The notes under the pieces were generated by a model. It searched no databases and was not told where the DNA came from. It saw only the letters and a list, made by a program, of their open reading frames with translations. 64,000 nucleotides of DNA, from assembly GCA_000990585.1 (NCBI GenBank), contig LBQD01000001.1, positions 207,276-271,275 on the forward strand, in the 5' to 3' direction. The DNA comes from Candidatus Moranbacteria bacterium GW2011_GWE2_35_2- (GTDB taxonomy: Bacteria > Patescibacteriota > Minisyncoccia > Moranbacterales > UBA9337). The translations under genes were made by a program, and so were the position numbers. Below, piece by piece: positions 26,268 to 37,068 of the stretch; position 1 is the first letter of the stretch, and each line of letters begins with the position of its first letter.

Positions 26268-27890
26268 CTAATCAATTCTCTGTTCACTTGGAATTCCAAA
26301 AATTTTCATCCAAATTGATTTCTTAAAATCATAAAACTCTTCAATTCCAAAATAATAACAACTAAGAAGGAAAACAGCAACTCCGACAGATCCGGAAATA
26401 ATAATTTGAAACAAAACTTCTGCCAACGTATCCAAGGAAATAAAATTTCCCAAATAATACCTTGTCAATTGGATAACTACTCCGGCCACCAGCGAAGAAA
26501 ATCCGATTTTAAAAAATGAAGAAATAATTTTTCTATCATCCAAATATCCAACTTTTTTTCGCAGGACAAAAATCAATAAGAGCATATTCAAAATTCCGGA
26601 AATAGAAAAAGCGATCGCCAAACTCATTATCTGAAAATCTCTTATTAATAAAATCACTAATAAAATATTCACCGCCTCACTTACTAATGCAACATAAAAA
26701 GGAATTTTTGTATCGCAAATCGCATAAAAAGATCTTGCTAAAAGCGGAATCAAGCTTTGCGCGAAAAGACTGATTGATAAAATTCCCAATACATTTAAAG
26801 TTTTTACCGTATCTTCCCAATCAAATTGACCACCACCCAAAATTGCCCGCACAATTTCCGCTCGCAAAACAAAAATAAAAACACTCATTGGAATTACGAA
26901 AAATATTATCCGACGAAAAGTTCGAGAAAAAATTCTCACAAATTCCTGCTGATTTTCTTTTCCAGTCGCACTACTCAAATGCGGAAAAGCGGCAACAGCA
27001 AAAGATATTCCGAAAAGTCCCAAGGGAACACTCTGGATATTATTGGCAAAATTAAAAACCGCCAAACTTCCTGCCGCCAAAGTTGATGCAAAAATTGTAA
27101 TTATCAGCAAATTAATTTGATTAACAGCCATTCCCAAGCTTCTTGGAATCATCAATGCAAGCACCTTTCTTACATTTTTATCACATATTGATTTTGCCAA
27201 TGAAAAGCTGTATTTGAATCCAACCTTCTTGGCTGCCGGATATTGAATCAGCATATGGAAAAAAGCGCCTAAAACCACTCCCCACGCCAAACCGATTGGT
27301 CCCCAAAAATGCACAAAAACCAAAGCTCCGAAAATGATTCCGGCATTATACATTATCGGAGCCAATGAATACACTAAAAATCTCTTATATGAAACCAAAA
27401 TACCTCCAAAAACAGCGCTGATTCCCAAAAAAAGCGGACTCAAAAACATAATCCGTGTAAAATCGACCACTTCTCTCATTTTTTCCGGAGAAAATCCCGG
27501 TGTGATAAGTTTTATCACAAAAGGGGCAAAAATAACCAAAACCAAAGATATCGCCGCAATCGAAGCTGCTAACAATGTTATTACTCCGGAAGATAATATT
27601 ATCGCTTCCTCTTTTTTCTTACCTGCAACTAAATGTGTAAATACTGGAATAAAAGCCGCACTGAGCGCCCCAACAACCAAAAGATTATATATCAGGTCCG
27701 GAATACGAAAAGCTGCATAATACACATCTAAAACATCTCCGGCACCAAATTGAGATGCTAAAATTCTATCCCGTACTAAACCTAAAACTCTACTCACTAT
27801 TCCTGCAATAGAAATAACCAAAGCGGCACCCGCCACTGTTTCGACGGGACAGCCGTTCAAAATTTTATTATTGATTATTTTTTTAATCAT
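26268..27890 (-). CDS. murJ: Lipid II flippase MurJ (MviN)
   Basis: N-terminal SRVLGLVRDRILASQFGAGDVLDVYYAAFRIPDLIYNLLVVGALSAAFIPVF matches the MurJ consensus. About 14 TM helices. Confidence 0.8.
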   Translation of the reverse strand: MIKKIINNKILNGCPVETVAGAALVISIAGIVSRVLGLVRDRILASQFGAGDVLDVYYAAFRIPDLIYNLLVVGALSAAFIPVFTHLVAGKKKEEAIILSSGVITLLAASIAAISLVLVIFAPFVIKLITPGFSPEKMREVVDFTRIMFLSPLFLGISAVFGGILVSYKRFLVYSLAPIMYNAGIIFGALVFVHFWGPIGLAWGVVLGAFFHMLIQYPAAKKVGFKYSFSLAKSICDKNVRKVLALMIPRSLGMAVNQINLLIITIFASTLAAGSLAVFNFANNIQSVPLGLFGISFAVAAFPHLSSATGKENQQEFVRIFSRTFRRIIFFVIPMSVFIFVLRAEIVRAILGGGQFDWEDTVKTLNVLGILSISLFAQSLIPLLARSFYAICDTKIPFYVALVSEAVNILLVILLIRDFQIMSLAIAFSISGILNMLLLIFVLRKKVGYLDDRKIISSFFKIGFSSLVAGVVIQLTRYYLGNFISLDTLAEVLFQIIISGSVGVAVFLLSCYYFGIEEFYDFKKSIWMKIFGIPSEQRID

Positions 27891-28001
27891 ATCCCCCTAA
27901 ATTTATCAAAAATAATCCGCACTGAATCCAAAAACCATCCAATTCAATATACTATACTTACCTATATAAATCAATCGAACAAGCCAGTTTTAATATTCCT
28001 T

Positions 28002-30533
28002 TTATTTTACTTTCATTTTATCGTTAATTATCACCAATCCAGAAAAATTATCAACATTCAACTTTCCACCTTGTTTCAAAATTCCATTTTCATTTACGAT
28101 ATTTTCCGGATATTTCCATTCAATATCATATCCGTCCGGATATTTAATCTGTGAGGAAAAATCGCTTCCGCGACTTCCGGATTGTTTTTGCGCAAGCAAA
28201 GAATATGAATTTACAAAACCATCCTGAAAATCCAATCGAAAAGGCAACACGTATTTTAATCTAACGACTATATTTTCTTGCGGACTTACATATGTCCAAA
28301 AAGCAAAAACTGTTTTTTCCGCATCCTGATATGTCCTAACTCCGTCTTCCTGATTAATAATCATATTATCCTCTTCTTTCTTTACATCAACATCTTCCTT
28401 GAATTTCAATACACTATAATCCAATGACGCTTGACTAAATTCCACTGTTTGTCCGTCAATTTCCAATAATCGAGAGCCAACCGGAACGTAAACGCGCATA
28501 TAATTACTATTCACCTTATTCCACCAATCATATTGACTATTTCCTCCATTATGCTTTCTGGTTATTTCCACCGTATCAATAATCGAACCGTCGACTTGAA
28601 TTTCCGCTTTATGTTCGATTTTTTCATCAACCACCCCATCAGTTTTATACCCATTAATGTTGGTATTAATCACGCTCAAATAATCTCCTTGAGTTTGTAA
28701 AATTTCTCCTGACCATCCTCTTTGAGAAATCATATTCTGCAAATCTTCATTTCGAGAATAAAAAAGAATATGCTTTTCCTCCAAAGATTGTATTAAAACT
28801 TCCAGAGCGCCCAGGATAACCCTCGGATCAGTTGAATCTGTCAAACGTTTTAAAATTATCGGCGCCAAATCGGAAAGAATCTTTTTTGGCTTATTTTCCT
28901 TTTTATCATAATCAATCTCCACTTCAAATTGCGTTTTCTCAACAAAATTATCACTTGTCAAAACAGTTTCATATTCCGGCATTTCAATCGGACCCACAAG
29001 TGCCAACAATTTTTCCATAGTATACGGAGTAAGAGTAATAACTCCATCAACCGTCGGCCCTCCGGTTTTCTCATAGAACAAAATGGCTTTTTCCGCACTC
29101 ACCGGAAAATCCGGAAACCAATTGCTGTCATGCAGACTCCACGCCGCGCTGATTTTTTGAACAGGCTTAGGTGGAACAATTTTATCCCTAAGTTGACCAT
29201 CGGGATTAAAAATTCCATCAATAAAAAAGTTATCAACATTTCCATTACTAATTTCCAATAATCCATAACTTCCGATAAATCCGCCGGTCGCTCTCATTTC
29301 ATTATTATTTTGAAAAAGAAAAAGATATTTTCGCAAACCATTACCTCCTAATAAATCAATAAAAATATGACTATTTTCCGATAAAAGCGCGATCGCATTT
29401 GTAAAAATAACCGCCTTGGATTTAGTTTCAACAAATTTCTCCCTCTTGTCTTCCGGTAAGTCATCGACTTTAACCAAATCGATTTTTTTTTGAGCTTTTT
29501 TCAAGTCTGACATAGCCAAATCCAAATTTTCCCGAACAGATAGAAAAATATCCAATAAGGAGGTATTTTTCAAATCTTCCGGTTTACTTTTGAAATGATA
29601 TATTTTTTCCGTCGCCAAATTCAAATTTTTTCCGGCAGATGAAAAATACTCTCCCGCTTCAACTATATTCTTTCCACTGGATAATTTAGATGCGAACGGC
29701 AAATACTTGGAAGCGGATATTATCGCACCCCCCAACTCTTCCATTTCCTCGGAAGCTTGCGCAAAATTATTCCTAGCATCTTCAAAATTATTTATAGAAG
29801 CCTCAAAATCGTTGTTTTTTATATTCTCAACCGCTTGCATAATATTTTCATATGCCTGATCGCCCGCTTCCATAGCGTTACTCTTCACTTTTATTCCCTT
29901 ATCCAAAAATGAAGTCCCTCCAACAATCGTAATCGCCATAAACCCGCTACCGACAAAAGCCAGTAGTGATCTTTTGAAATTAAACCCAAAAGAAAGACGC
30001 GCCGGCAAAAATAAATCTCGCAAAGAAAATTTACACTCGGCAGCATCCGCACGATGAAAAAAACTCCTGCTTTTCGTTTTTATTTCTATATTTTTGTGTT
30101 TGTTTTTTTTTGCATTCAATTCTTCCCTTGTCCTTATGCTCTCATTTATTTTTTCATTCTTGCAAATTTCCACTTTTGTTCTGATGACATCTTCTTTCAC
30201 AGTTTGGATGCAATTTTCTTTGCTTAAACAAACCGCGACCGGAACCTTTTTAATGGCTAATTTTTTTTCTCCCAGCACGCTACGCAAACTTTTTTTTATT
30301 TTTGTTCCCGCATCTTTTCTGCCTGTTTCAAATTGCCACGTTTTCTCATCAACACCTGAGATATGGATTTTCTTTCCGAAATAAAAACTTTCATTATTTT
30401 TTGAAGTATATCTCCAATTTTTTCGCACTTTATAAATTTTTTTCCAATTCAAACCGCCGCCACGTAAGGACGGACGAATATCAAACATTTGAGGAATTAT
30501 GTTATTTTTTTTATTTTTCATTAACTCCTGCAA
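28002..30533 (-). CDS. DUF4012-like membrane-anchored extracytoplasmic protein
   Basis: Single TM helix near residue 200. Signature NNEMRATGGFIGSYGLLEI typical of DUF4012 proteins. Cell-envelope gene context. Confidence 0.5.
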   Translation of the reverse strand: MQELMKNKKNNIIPQMFDIRPSLRGGGLNWKKIYKVRKNWRYTSKNNESFYFGKKIHISGVDEKTWQFETGRKDAGTKIKKSLRSVLGEKKLAIKKVPVAVCLSKENCIQTVKEDVIRTKVEICKNEKINESIRTREELNAKKNKHKNIEIKTKSRSFFHRADAAECKFSLRDLFLPARLSFGFNFKRSLLAFVGSGFMAITIVGGTSFLDKGIKVKSNAMEAGDQAYENIMQAVENIKNNDFEASINNFEDARNNFAQASEEMEELGGAIISASKYLPFASKLSSGKNIVEAGEYFSSAGKNLNLATEKIYHFKSKPEDLKNTSLLDIFLSVRENLDLAMSDLKKAQKKIDLVKVDDLPEDKREKFVETKSKAVIFTNAIALLSENSHIFIDLLGGNGLRKYLFLFQNNNEMRATGGFIGSYGLLEISNGNVDNFFIDGIFNPDGQLRDKIVPPKPVQKISAAWSLHDSNWFPDFPVSAEKAILFYEKTGGPTVDGVITLTPYTMEKLLALVGPIEMPEYETVLTSDNFVEKTQFEVEIDYDKKENKPKKILSDLAPIILKRLTDSTDPRVILGALEVLIQSLEEKHILFYSRNEDLQNMISQRGWSGEILQTQGDYLSVINTNINGYKTDGVVDEKIEHKAEIQVDGSIIDTVEITRKHNGGNSQYDWWNKVNSNYMRVYVPVGSRLLEIDGQTVEFSQASLDYSVLKFKEDVDVKKEEDNMIINQEDGVRTYQDAEKTVFAFWTYVSPQENIVVRLKYVLPFRLDFQDGFVNSYSLLAQKQSGSRGSDFSSQIKYPDGYDIEWKYPENIVNENGILKQGGKLNVDNFSGLVIINDKMKVK

Positions 30534-30575
30534 AAATACAAAATCTCTATAAGCCTAAAAACTGCAACAAACTAT

Positions 30576-31697
30576 TTATACTTTTTCATATATTTTCAAA
30601 GTTTTTTCTGCCATTTTTTTCCAGCTGTATTTTTTTATCTGCTCGTATCCTTTTTTAACCAAATCAATTCTCAACTTTGAATCCATATAGATAGTCCGCA
30701 TTTTCTCTTCCATATCAAATCGATTTCTACCGTCAAAAAACAACGCACTATCTCCAAGAATTTCTTTCATACATTTATGATCCGATGATACTACCGGGAC
30801 ACCCTTTGCCATCGCTTCAAGCGGAGGAAGCCCAAATCCCTCATACAAAGAAGGGAAAACATACGCGTTAGATGAATAATACACTGCATCCAACTCACAA
30901 TCCGGAATAAATCCCGGAAATACTACGCCAGAAATTTTTTTCTGCTTCACCTGTTCCTTTATCTTTCGATAAAAATAATCATCTTTTCCCACTAAAACCA
31001 AATTAATTTCTGGATTTTCTTGTCTCAAATAAGCAAATGCCGAAACTAATCCATCCAAATTTTTATGCGGATAAGCATTACCAACATACATCAAATATGG
31101 TTTTATTATACCATATTTTTCCAAAATTCTTTCCTTGTTCTCACTTGCCAAAAAACAGAAGTCTTCACAAGCTTCATAAGTAACACGGATTTTCCCTCGC
31201 GCTTGCGGATAATGATTTTCAATGTCATTTTTCGTGAACTCGGAAACAGTGATTATTCTTTTCGCCCGCTCAATCGCCGATTTGATTACAATTTTGTAAG
31301 CCAAGAATTTCAACCAGTAAAAAAAAGGACTGAGTGTTGTTCCAAGAATCGTCGGGAAATGCACTAAAATCAAATCATGAATGGTTATTACAAACTTTTT
31401 TCGATACAAAAGCGGAACATTGAAATGCGGAAAATGGACCAAATCCAAATTATATTTTTTCAGTAAACGAGACATATTAATCTGCTCAGAAAAAGTGTAC
31501 CAGCGATAGTCCGCCAAAATCTTGTGAAATTTTTCATTTCTCGGTTGGTATTCGTTGAAATTTTCTTTGCGTAAAAAAATATAATACTCATTTTGAGCAT
31601 CCGTTTTTTCCAAGTTCTCAATCAATTTTTGCGTGTATCTTCCAAGTCCCTTGCCGATAGACCCAAAAAAACGCGCGTCAATTCCAATCTTTTTCAT
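30576..31697 (-). CDS. Glycosyltransferase family 1 (GT4-type)
   Basis: MKKIGIDARFFGSIGKGLGRY N-terminus. C-terminal EGFGLPPLEAMAKGVPVV block typical of GT1. Confidence 0.75.
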   Translation of the reverse strand: MKKIGIDARFFGSIGKGLGRYTQKLIENLEKTDAQNEYYIFLRKENFNEYQPRNEKFHKILADYRWYTFSEQINMSRLLKKYNLDLVHFPHFNVPLLYRKKFVITIHDLILVHFPTILGTTLSPFFYWLKFLAYKIVIKSAIERAKRIITVSEFTKNDIENHYPQARGKIRVTYEACEDFCFLASENKERILEKYGIIKPYLMYVGNAYPHKNLDGLVSAFAYLRQENPEINLVLVGKDDYFYRKIKEQVKQKKISGVVFPGFIPDCELDAVYYSSNAYVFPSLYEGFGLPPLEAMAKGVPVVSSDHKCMKEILGDSALFFDGRNRFDMEEKMRTIYMDSKLRIDLVKKGYEQIKKYSWKKMAEKTLKIYEKV

Positions 31698-31800
31698 ATC
31701 CCCATTCTACATCATTTTTTCAATATTTTGAAATAAAAAAAAGACAGAATTTCAAGTCCTGTCTTTTATGAAAGAAAAAATATATTAAATCCTATTATGA

Positions 31801-32715
31801 TTATTTTTTCAAATATTTTGAAATGCTTGACGCAGCGATGGCTCCTTCGGCGGCGGCGGTGACAATTTGCTTGAATTTATCCGATCCGGTTGTAATATCC
31901 CCAGCTGCCCAAATTCCTTTTTCAGTTGTCCTGCCATCCGATTCTATTTTAATATGCCCATCTTCATCCAAATCGATATTCAAATTTTCCACCAAATTTA
32001 CATTCGGTTCCAACCCGATTTCCACAAAAACTCCGTCTATTTTCAAAACATCACTGTCTTTAAAAAAATTGTCTAAAATAATTTCTTTCACTTTTTCATT
32101 TCCTTTTATTTCTTTAATATTCGTATTATATAAAACTTCTATTTTTTCATTTTTCAACACGGATTGAACCCAAAAATCTTCCGCGCGCAATTTGTCTTTT
32201 CGATAAATCAAGAAAACTTTTTCCGCGATTGACGCCAGATGTAAAGCCGCACTTGCGGCACTATCAGATCCTCCAACAACCGCTACTTTCTTTCCACGAT
32301 AAAAAAAACCGTCGCACGTGGCGCAATAAGAAACTCCTTTACCGGAAAATTCTTTTTCTCCCGCAACTCTCAAATGTCGATGCTTTGTCCCCATTGCTAA
32401 AAGAACGGCTCTGGCTTCCAATTTTTCTCCACTTTTCAAAAACAAAACAAAATTATCCCCATTTTTCTCTATCTCATCCACTTCGGCGGTTTTTATTTCC
32501 GCCTGTAAAGATTTTACGTGCTCAATAGCTTTTTGTGCAAACTCAAAACCGCTGATTTTTTGTGTCCCCAGCCAATTACCAATTTCATGAGTTTCCGTAA
32601 CCAGACCACCGGAAATACCTCCAATAATAATGTTCTTTATTCCATAACGAGACGCATACACCGACGCGGAAAGACCTGCCGGACCGGCCCCGATAATCGC
32701 CAAATCATATCGCAT
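31801..32715 (-). CDS. trxB: Thioredoxin-disulfide reductase
   Basis: FAD motif DLAIIGAGPAG, redox-active CATCDG, NADPH motif VAVVGGSDSA. Confidence 0.85.
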   Translation of the reverse strand: MRYDLAIIGAGPAGLSASVYASRYGIKNIIIGGISGGLVTETHEIGNWLGTQKISGFEFAQKAIEHVKSLQAEIKTAEVDEIEKNGDNFVLFLKSGEKLEARAVLLAMGTKHRHLRVAGEKEFSGKGVSYCATCDGFFYRGKKVAVVGGSDSAASAALHLASIAEKVFLIYRKDKLRAEDFWVQSVLKNEKIEVLYNTNIKEIKGNEKVKEIILDNFFKDSDVLKIDGVFVEIGLEPNVNLVENLNIDLDEDGHIKIESDGRTTEKGIWAAGDITTGSDKFKQIVTAAAEGAIAASSISKYLKK

Positions 32716-32721
32716 AATAAT

Positions 32722-34131
32722 TTATCTGTCTTTTAAATCATTAACCGCCTTTCGAAATCTGTCTCCCCGCTCAAATTCATTTGCGAACAAACCAAAACTT
32801 GCCGCCCCCGGAGAAAGTAAAACGATATCATCTTTCTGGGCGCTACGAGAAGCAAATTCAACTGCCTTATCCATAGAATCAACTATAATAAATTTATTAT
32901 TTCTATCTTCTTCGGGAAGATTTTTTCTTATTTCTAAAATCAATTTATCTGTCGCATCTCCTGCTAAGAATATTATTCCTTTTGAGTACTCTACTATTTC
33001 TTTCGCAAGTTCGGAAAAATCCAAATTTTTATCCGCCCCACCCGCAATCAATATCACTTCTCTTCCTTCAAAAGAATTGATAGCGGAAATTGCCGCTTGA
33101 GGGATGGTTGCCGCCGTATCATTATAGTACCTGACACCACGAAGCTCTCTAACAAACTCCAAACGATGAGGAATTCCTTTTAATTTCAAAATTGCCTCCT
33201 TTATTTGAGGCACCTTAATTCCAAAAGCATAAACAGCTCCGATAGCCGCCATCACATTAACAATACTATGTCTTCCGATAATTTTTATATCATCCAATAC
33301 TGCCAACTTTTTAATATCGATTCCATCGTTCAAATACATATTATCACCATCCAAAAAAACGGAATAATTTTTTCTAATCGGTTTTTCCGAAAAAGAAAAA
33401 ATTCTCGCTTTCGCATCTTGAATTATTTCTTGCACTTTTTCATCATCATCATTAACAATCAGCCAATCTTTCGATTTCTGATTGGCAAAAATATTCTTTT
33501 TATCATCAACGTATTCCTGCATCGACTTATAATAATTTAAGTGATCAGGAAGGATGTTTTTTAATACTGCAATTTGTGGACTTTTTCCAATTCTTCCCAA
33601 AGCACTGAGCCGCCAACTGGAAAGTTCAAAAACTACCACGCTATTCTTTTTTAATTCTTCCAATTTATCCAAAACTGAAGCATTTCCGATTCCAACCTTA
33701 ATTGGATTTTTTCCCACCAATTTTAACAAATCAAAAACCATCGTAGAGATGGTGGTTTTTCCTTTCGTTCCAGTAATCCCAATAATCGGATTCTTGCACA
33801 ATTGAAAAAATAAACTAGAATCCATTTCTACCGGAATCTTTTTTTCCATTGCCAATTTTATATATTTATTCGTCCAACTCACAGCCGGATTTATAATCAC
33901 CATATCAACCTTCAAAAAATCCTCTTGCCGATGATGACCAAGTATATATTTGATATTTTTTATTCCTTCCAATTTAGCCAGAGAAGGAGCTAGCTGCTCT
34001 TTTGATTTCATGTCCGTAACGATAACGTGAGCACCGTGTTTTGCAAGAAATTTAACCACACCCAAACCTCCGCCCAAAAGCCCTAATCCCAGGACGGTTA
34101 TTTTTTTTCCTTTAAAATATGAAACATCCAT
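32722..34131 (-). CDS. murD: UDP-N-acetylmuramoylalanine--D-glutamate ligase
   Basis: ITVLGLGLLGGG N-terminus, P-loop ITGTKGKTT, Mur ligase C-terminal domain. Confidence 0.85.
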   Translation of the reverse strand: MDVSYFKGKKITVLGLGLLGGGLGVVKFLAKHGAHVIVTDMKSKEQLAPSLAKLEGIKNIKYILGHHRQEDFLKVDMVIINPAVSWTNKYIKLAMEKKIPVEMDSSLFFQLCKNPIIGITGTKGKTTISTMVFDLLKLVGKNPIKVGIGNASVLDKLEELKKNSVVVFELSSWRLSALGRIGKSPQIAVLKNILPDHLNYYKSMQEYVDDKKNIFANQKSKDWLIVNDDDEKVQEIIQDAKARIFSFSEKPIRKNYSVFLDGDNMYLNDGIDIKKLAVLDDIKIIGRHSIVNVMAAIGAVYAFGIKVPQIKEAILKLKGIPHRLEFVRELRGVRYYNDTAATIPQAAISAINSFEGREVILIAGGADKNLDFSELAKEIVEYSKGIIFLAGDATDKLILEIRKNLPEEDRNNKFIIVDSMDKAVEFASRSAQKDDIVLLSPGAASFGLFANEFERGDRFRKAVNDLKDR

Positions 34132-34182
34132 AATAATCGTTTATTCCTACTAATTTTCCCTCAGTTCATTGTGCCAAAGACG

Positions 34183-35784
34183 TTAGAAAAAGTCAAAGTA
34201 TTTTTTGATATTTTTTGATCGGATTACTTCTCCTGCTCGCACACCTGTAAGACGCCCCTGATCCATAACAATTTTTCCATTAACAATTACATTTGTAATT
34301 CCAACACAATAACGATACGGGTTCTCAGTAGTCGCTAAATCCTCGATTTTTTCCGGATCAAAAACAACTACATCAGCAAAGTTTTCCACTTCCAGCGTTC
34401 CTCTTTTTTTCAATCCGAATTTTGCTGCCGGCTTACCGCTCATTTTATGTACTGCTTCTTCCCAACTTAATATTCTTTCCCCGCGCACATACTTGAAAAA
34501 CACGCGAGGAAATGATCCGAAGTTTCTCGGATGAACCAATTCGCCAGTTTTTTTATAATCAACGGAATATCCACTACCATTAGAAGAAATGATAGAAAAA
34601 GGATGTTGGATAGCTTTGACAATATTTTTTTCACTAAGTGCCTCTGTTATAGTTACTACCTGACCCTCGCTGGCAATCAAAATATCAACGATGGTTTCTT
34701 CAACGGATTTTCCCTGTGAAATAGCAATATCGGTGATTTTTTTTCTCGTAAGTGTCTTATTAAGAGGAGAAATGGAGATTGTTATTTTGGAAAAATCAAA
34801 TTTATTACTTCGCATTTCCGCAATCACCTGTCTTCTTGTCGTGGGATCTTTCAAACGATAAAGCATCATCTTTCTTCCTCCCTCAGAAACCCAATCAGGA
34901 AGAAAAATATATAATACCGAACCGGTAGCGGTATATGGATATACATCAAAATTAACATCAATTCCATTTCCTCTGGCAGTTTCCACTAAATTGATCGCTT
35001 CCGCCATTAAATGCCAATTTTCCTCCCCCATTACCTTTAAGTGGGATATTTGCATTTTCACTCCGGTTTTCTGAGAAACTTCAATAGCTTCTTCGATTGA
35101 TTCAATAAGATCTTTTCCTTCCCCTCGGATATGCGTGGCATATACTCCGTCATATTTTTTTACAATTTTTGCCAATTCCACTATTTCTTCCATCTTTGCT
35201 TGCTTAGCATGCGTATATACCAAACCAGTAGAAAATCCCAAAGCACCTTCTTTCATCGCTGATTTGAGCATTTTTTTCATTTTATCAAATTCTTCCTCTG
35301 TCATCTCCCGAACCTGATCCTGAATAACTCCACGACGCAAAGTTCCATGCCCCACTAAAGTAGAAAAGTTTACCGATAATTTCAGCGTCTCAACTTCTTT
35401 AAAAAAATCTTCCATACCGAGCCAATTGAAATTTATCTTATCGACATTTACCCATTTTTGAATAGAACGAATAATCTCTCGATCAACCAAAGGCGCCAAC
35501 GAAGATCCGCAATTTCCGCCAATAATAGTCGTAATTCCTTGATAAATCAAGCTTTCTAATTGAGGATTGATAAAAATTCTCCAATAAGTATCAGAATGAT
35601 TATTGACATCGACAAAACCGGGAACAACGTACTGTCCCCTCGCATCAATAGTTTTGTCAGCTTTTTCATTCTGAAGGTTTCCTATCTTTTGTATAAAACC
35701 TTCTTTTATTCCGATATCCGCCTTTTTCATCGGATCTCCCGTTCCATCGATGATAACTCCGTTTTTAATAATAATATCGTACAT
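34183..35784 (-). CDS. Amidohydrolase-family N-acyl-D-amino-acid deacylase (D-aminoacylase)-like
   Basis: MYDIIIKNGVIIDGTGDP start. VPGFVDVNNHSD metal-binding HxH. Length and pattern of D-aminoacylases. Confidence 0.65.
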   Translation of the reverse strand: MYDIIIKNGVIIDGTGDPMKKADIGIKEGFIQKIGNLQNEKADKTIDARGQYVVPGFVDVNNHSDTYWRIFINPQLESLIYQGITTIIGGNCGSSLAPLVDREIIRSIQKWVNVDKINFNWLGMEDFFKEVETLKLSVNFSTLVGHGTLRRGVIQDQVREMTEEEFDKMKKMLKSAMKEGALGFSTGLVYTHAKQAKMEEIVELAKIVKKYDGVYATHIRGEGKDLIESIEEAIEVSQKTGVKMQISHLKVMGEENWHLMAEAINLVETARGNGIDVNFDVYPYTATGSVLYIFLPDWVSEGGRKMMLYRLKDPTTRRQVIAEMRSNKFDFSKITISISPLNKTLTRKKITDIAISQGKSVEETIVDILIASEGQVVTITEALSEKNIVKAIQHPFSIISSNGSGYSVDYKKTGELVHPRNFGSFPRVFFKYVRGERILSWEEAVHKMSGKPAAKFGLKKRGTLEVENFADVVVFDPEKIEDLATTENPYRYCVGITNVIVNGKIVMDQGRLTGVRAGEVIRSKNIKKYFDFF

Positions 35785-35895
35785 TTTTATTTTTTGTTTT
35801 TTCTATTGTAATTTTAACCCTTAATAAGCGTTTTGGCAAATAAAAAATACAACTGAACAATTTTTCAAAAACAGAAAGTCATACAAAAAGATAAA

Positions 35896-36915
35896 TCAAC
35901 AAATTCGCGGGATTAATTTTCCTTTTGGCATTTCAATCGGACGCAAACTTCCTAAATTAGTTTTTAAATATACACCCCTTTCATTCCCCTTTTTAGTTCC
36001 CGTTTTTCCCTTTTCCACCCTCCCGATAACCTTTGCCTCCAAATTAAATCTTTGCAAAATCTTCAAAACTTTTTTAATATTTTTTGGAGAAACGCTGGCA
36101 ATAAATCTTCCTTCACTCGCCAAAGAAAAAACGTCCAATCCTAAGAGATTTGTTATCGCCATAACCTCCTTCTTATACGGCAAGCTTTTTTCTTCCAAAA
36201 CAACTTTCACTCCTGATTTTTCCGCCATCTCAACCAAATTCGCCGCCAACCCTCCGCGCGTTGGATCTTTACAAGCATTCAAATATTTTCCGACTTTTTC
36301 AATCTCCTTATTAAAAGGCTTGCTATCACTTTTTATTTTAGTTTTATAGTTGAATCTTTTTGCTAAAAGTGCTACTGTATGCTCTCCCAAATCACCGGAA
36401 GAAATAATATAGTCTCCATTTTTAATTCCATTGTTGGAAATTATATTATCCGCCAATCCAACTCCGGCAGTGGTAATCTCAATTTTGTCAATTTTTCCTT
36501 TTTCGCTCACTTTTGTGTCGCCCGTTACTACCGGTACGCCCGATTTTTTGGAAACCTCTGCGATTGATTGGACTATTTTTTGCAAATCACTTTTTGGAAA
36601 ACCTTCTTCAACCACGATACTGAGTGAAATTCCAATTGGATTGGCACCCATTACCGATAAATCATTGATCGTTCCGCTCATTGCAATTTTACCAATATCT
36701 CCACCCGGAAAAAATATCGGATCAACAATATACGCATCTGTTGTAAAAACTAATTTTTTATTACCTTTCAATTTAAAAACCGCTGCGTCATCTTCACAAT
36801 TATTCCATTTTTTATTCTTACTGGAAAAATCAAGGATCTTCCGAATTTCGGAAATCAACTCCCCTGATTTATATCCGCCATCACCCTCATCTAAAGTTAT
36901 ATTTTCATTTCGCAT
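35896..36915 (-). CDS. hypE: Hydrogenase maturation factor HypE
   Basis: DDAAVFKL, AFTTDAYIV.PIFFPGGDIGKIAMSGTINDLSVMGANP match the HypE/AIR-synthase-related consensus. Start set at the internal ATG (MRNENITL); the 42-aa upstream extension of the ORF track is hydrophobic and implausible. Confidence 0.7.
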   Translation of the reverse strand: MRNENITLDEGDGGYKSGELISEIRKILDFSSKNKKWNNCEDDAAVFKLKGNKKLVFTTDAYIVDPIFFPGGDIGKIAMSGTINDLSVMGANPIGISLSIVVEEGFPKSDLQKIVQSIAEVSKKSGVPVVTGDTKVSEKGKIDKIEITTAGVGLADNIISNNGIKNGDYIISSGDLGEHTVALLAKRFNYKTKIKSDSKPFNKEIEKVGKYLNACKDPTRGGLAANLVEMAEKSGVKVVLEEKSLPYKKEVMAITNLLGLDVFSLASEGRFIASVSPKNIKKVLKILQRFNLEAKVIGRVEKGKTGTKKGNERGVYLKTNLGSLRPIEMPKGKLIPRIC

Positions 36916-37068
36916 AATAATGAATAAAAAAATACATTTTATTGGTTTGAATTCCAAATTATGATATGATTTTAACATAATCATAGTCGGGCTATAAATA
37001 TATCCTAACATTAAAACAATAAGATACCAACTAGACAAAAAGGTCTGCAGAAAAAAATTACATTACTA

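Noticed and set aside
36916-37038. 42-aa hydrophobic N-terminal extension of HypE in the ORF track
   Set aside because: HypE homology starts at the internal ATG (MRNENITLDEGDGG). The extension is not HypE-like.
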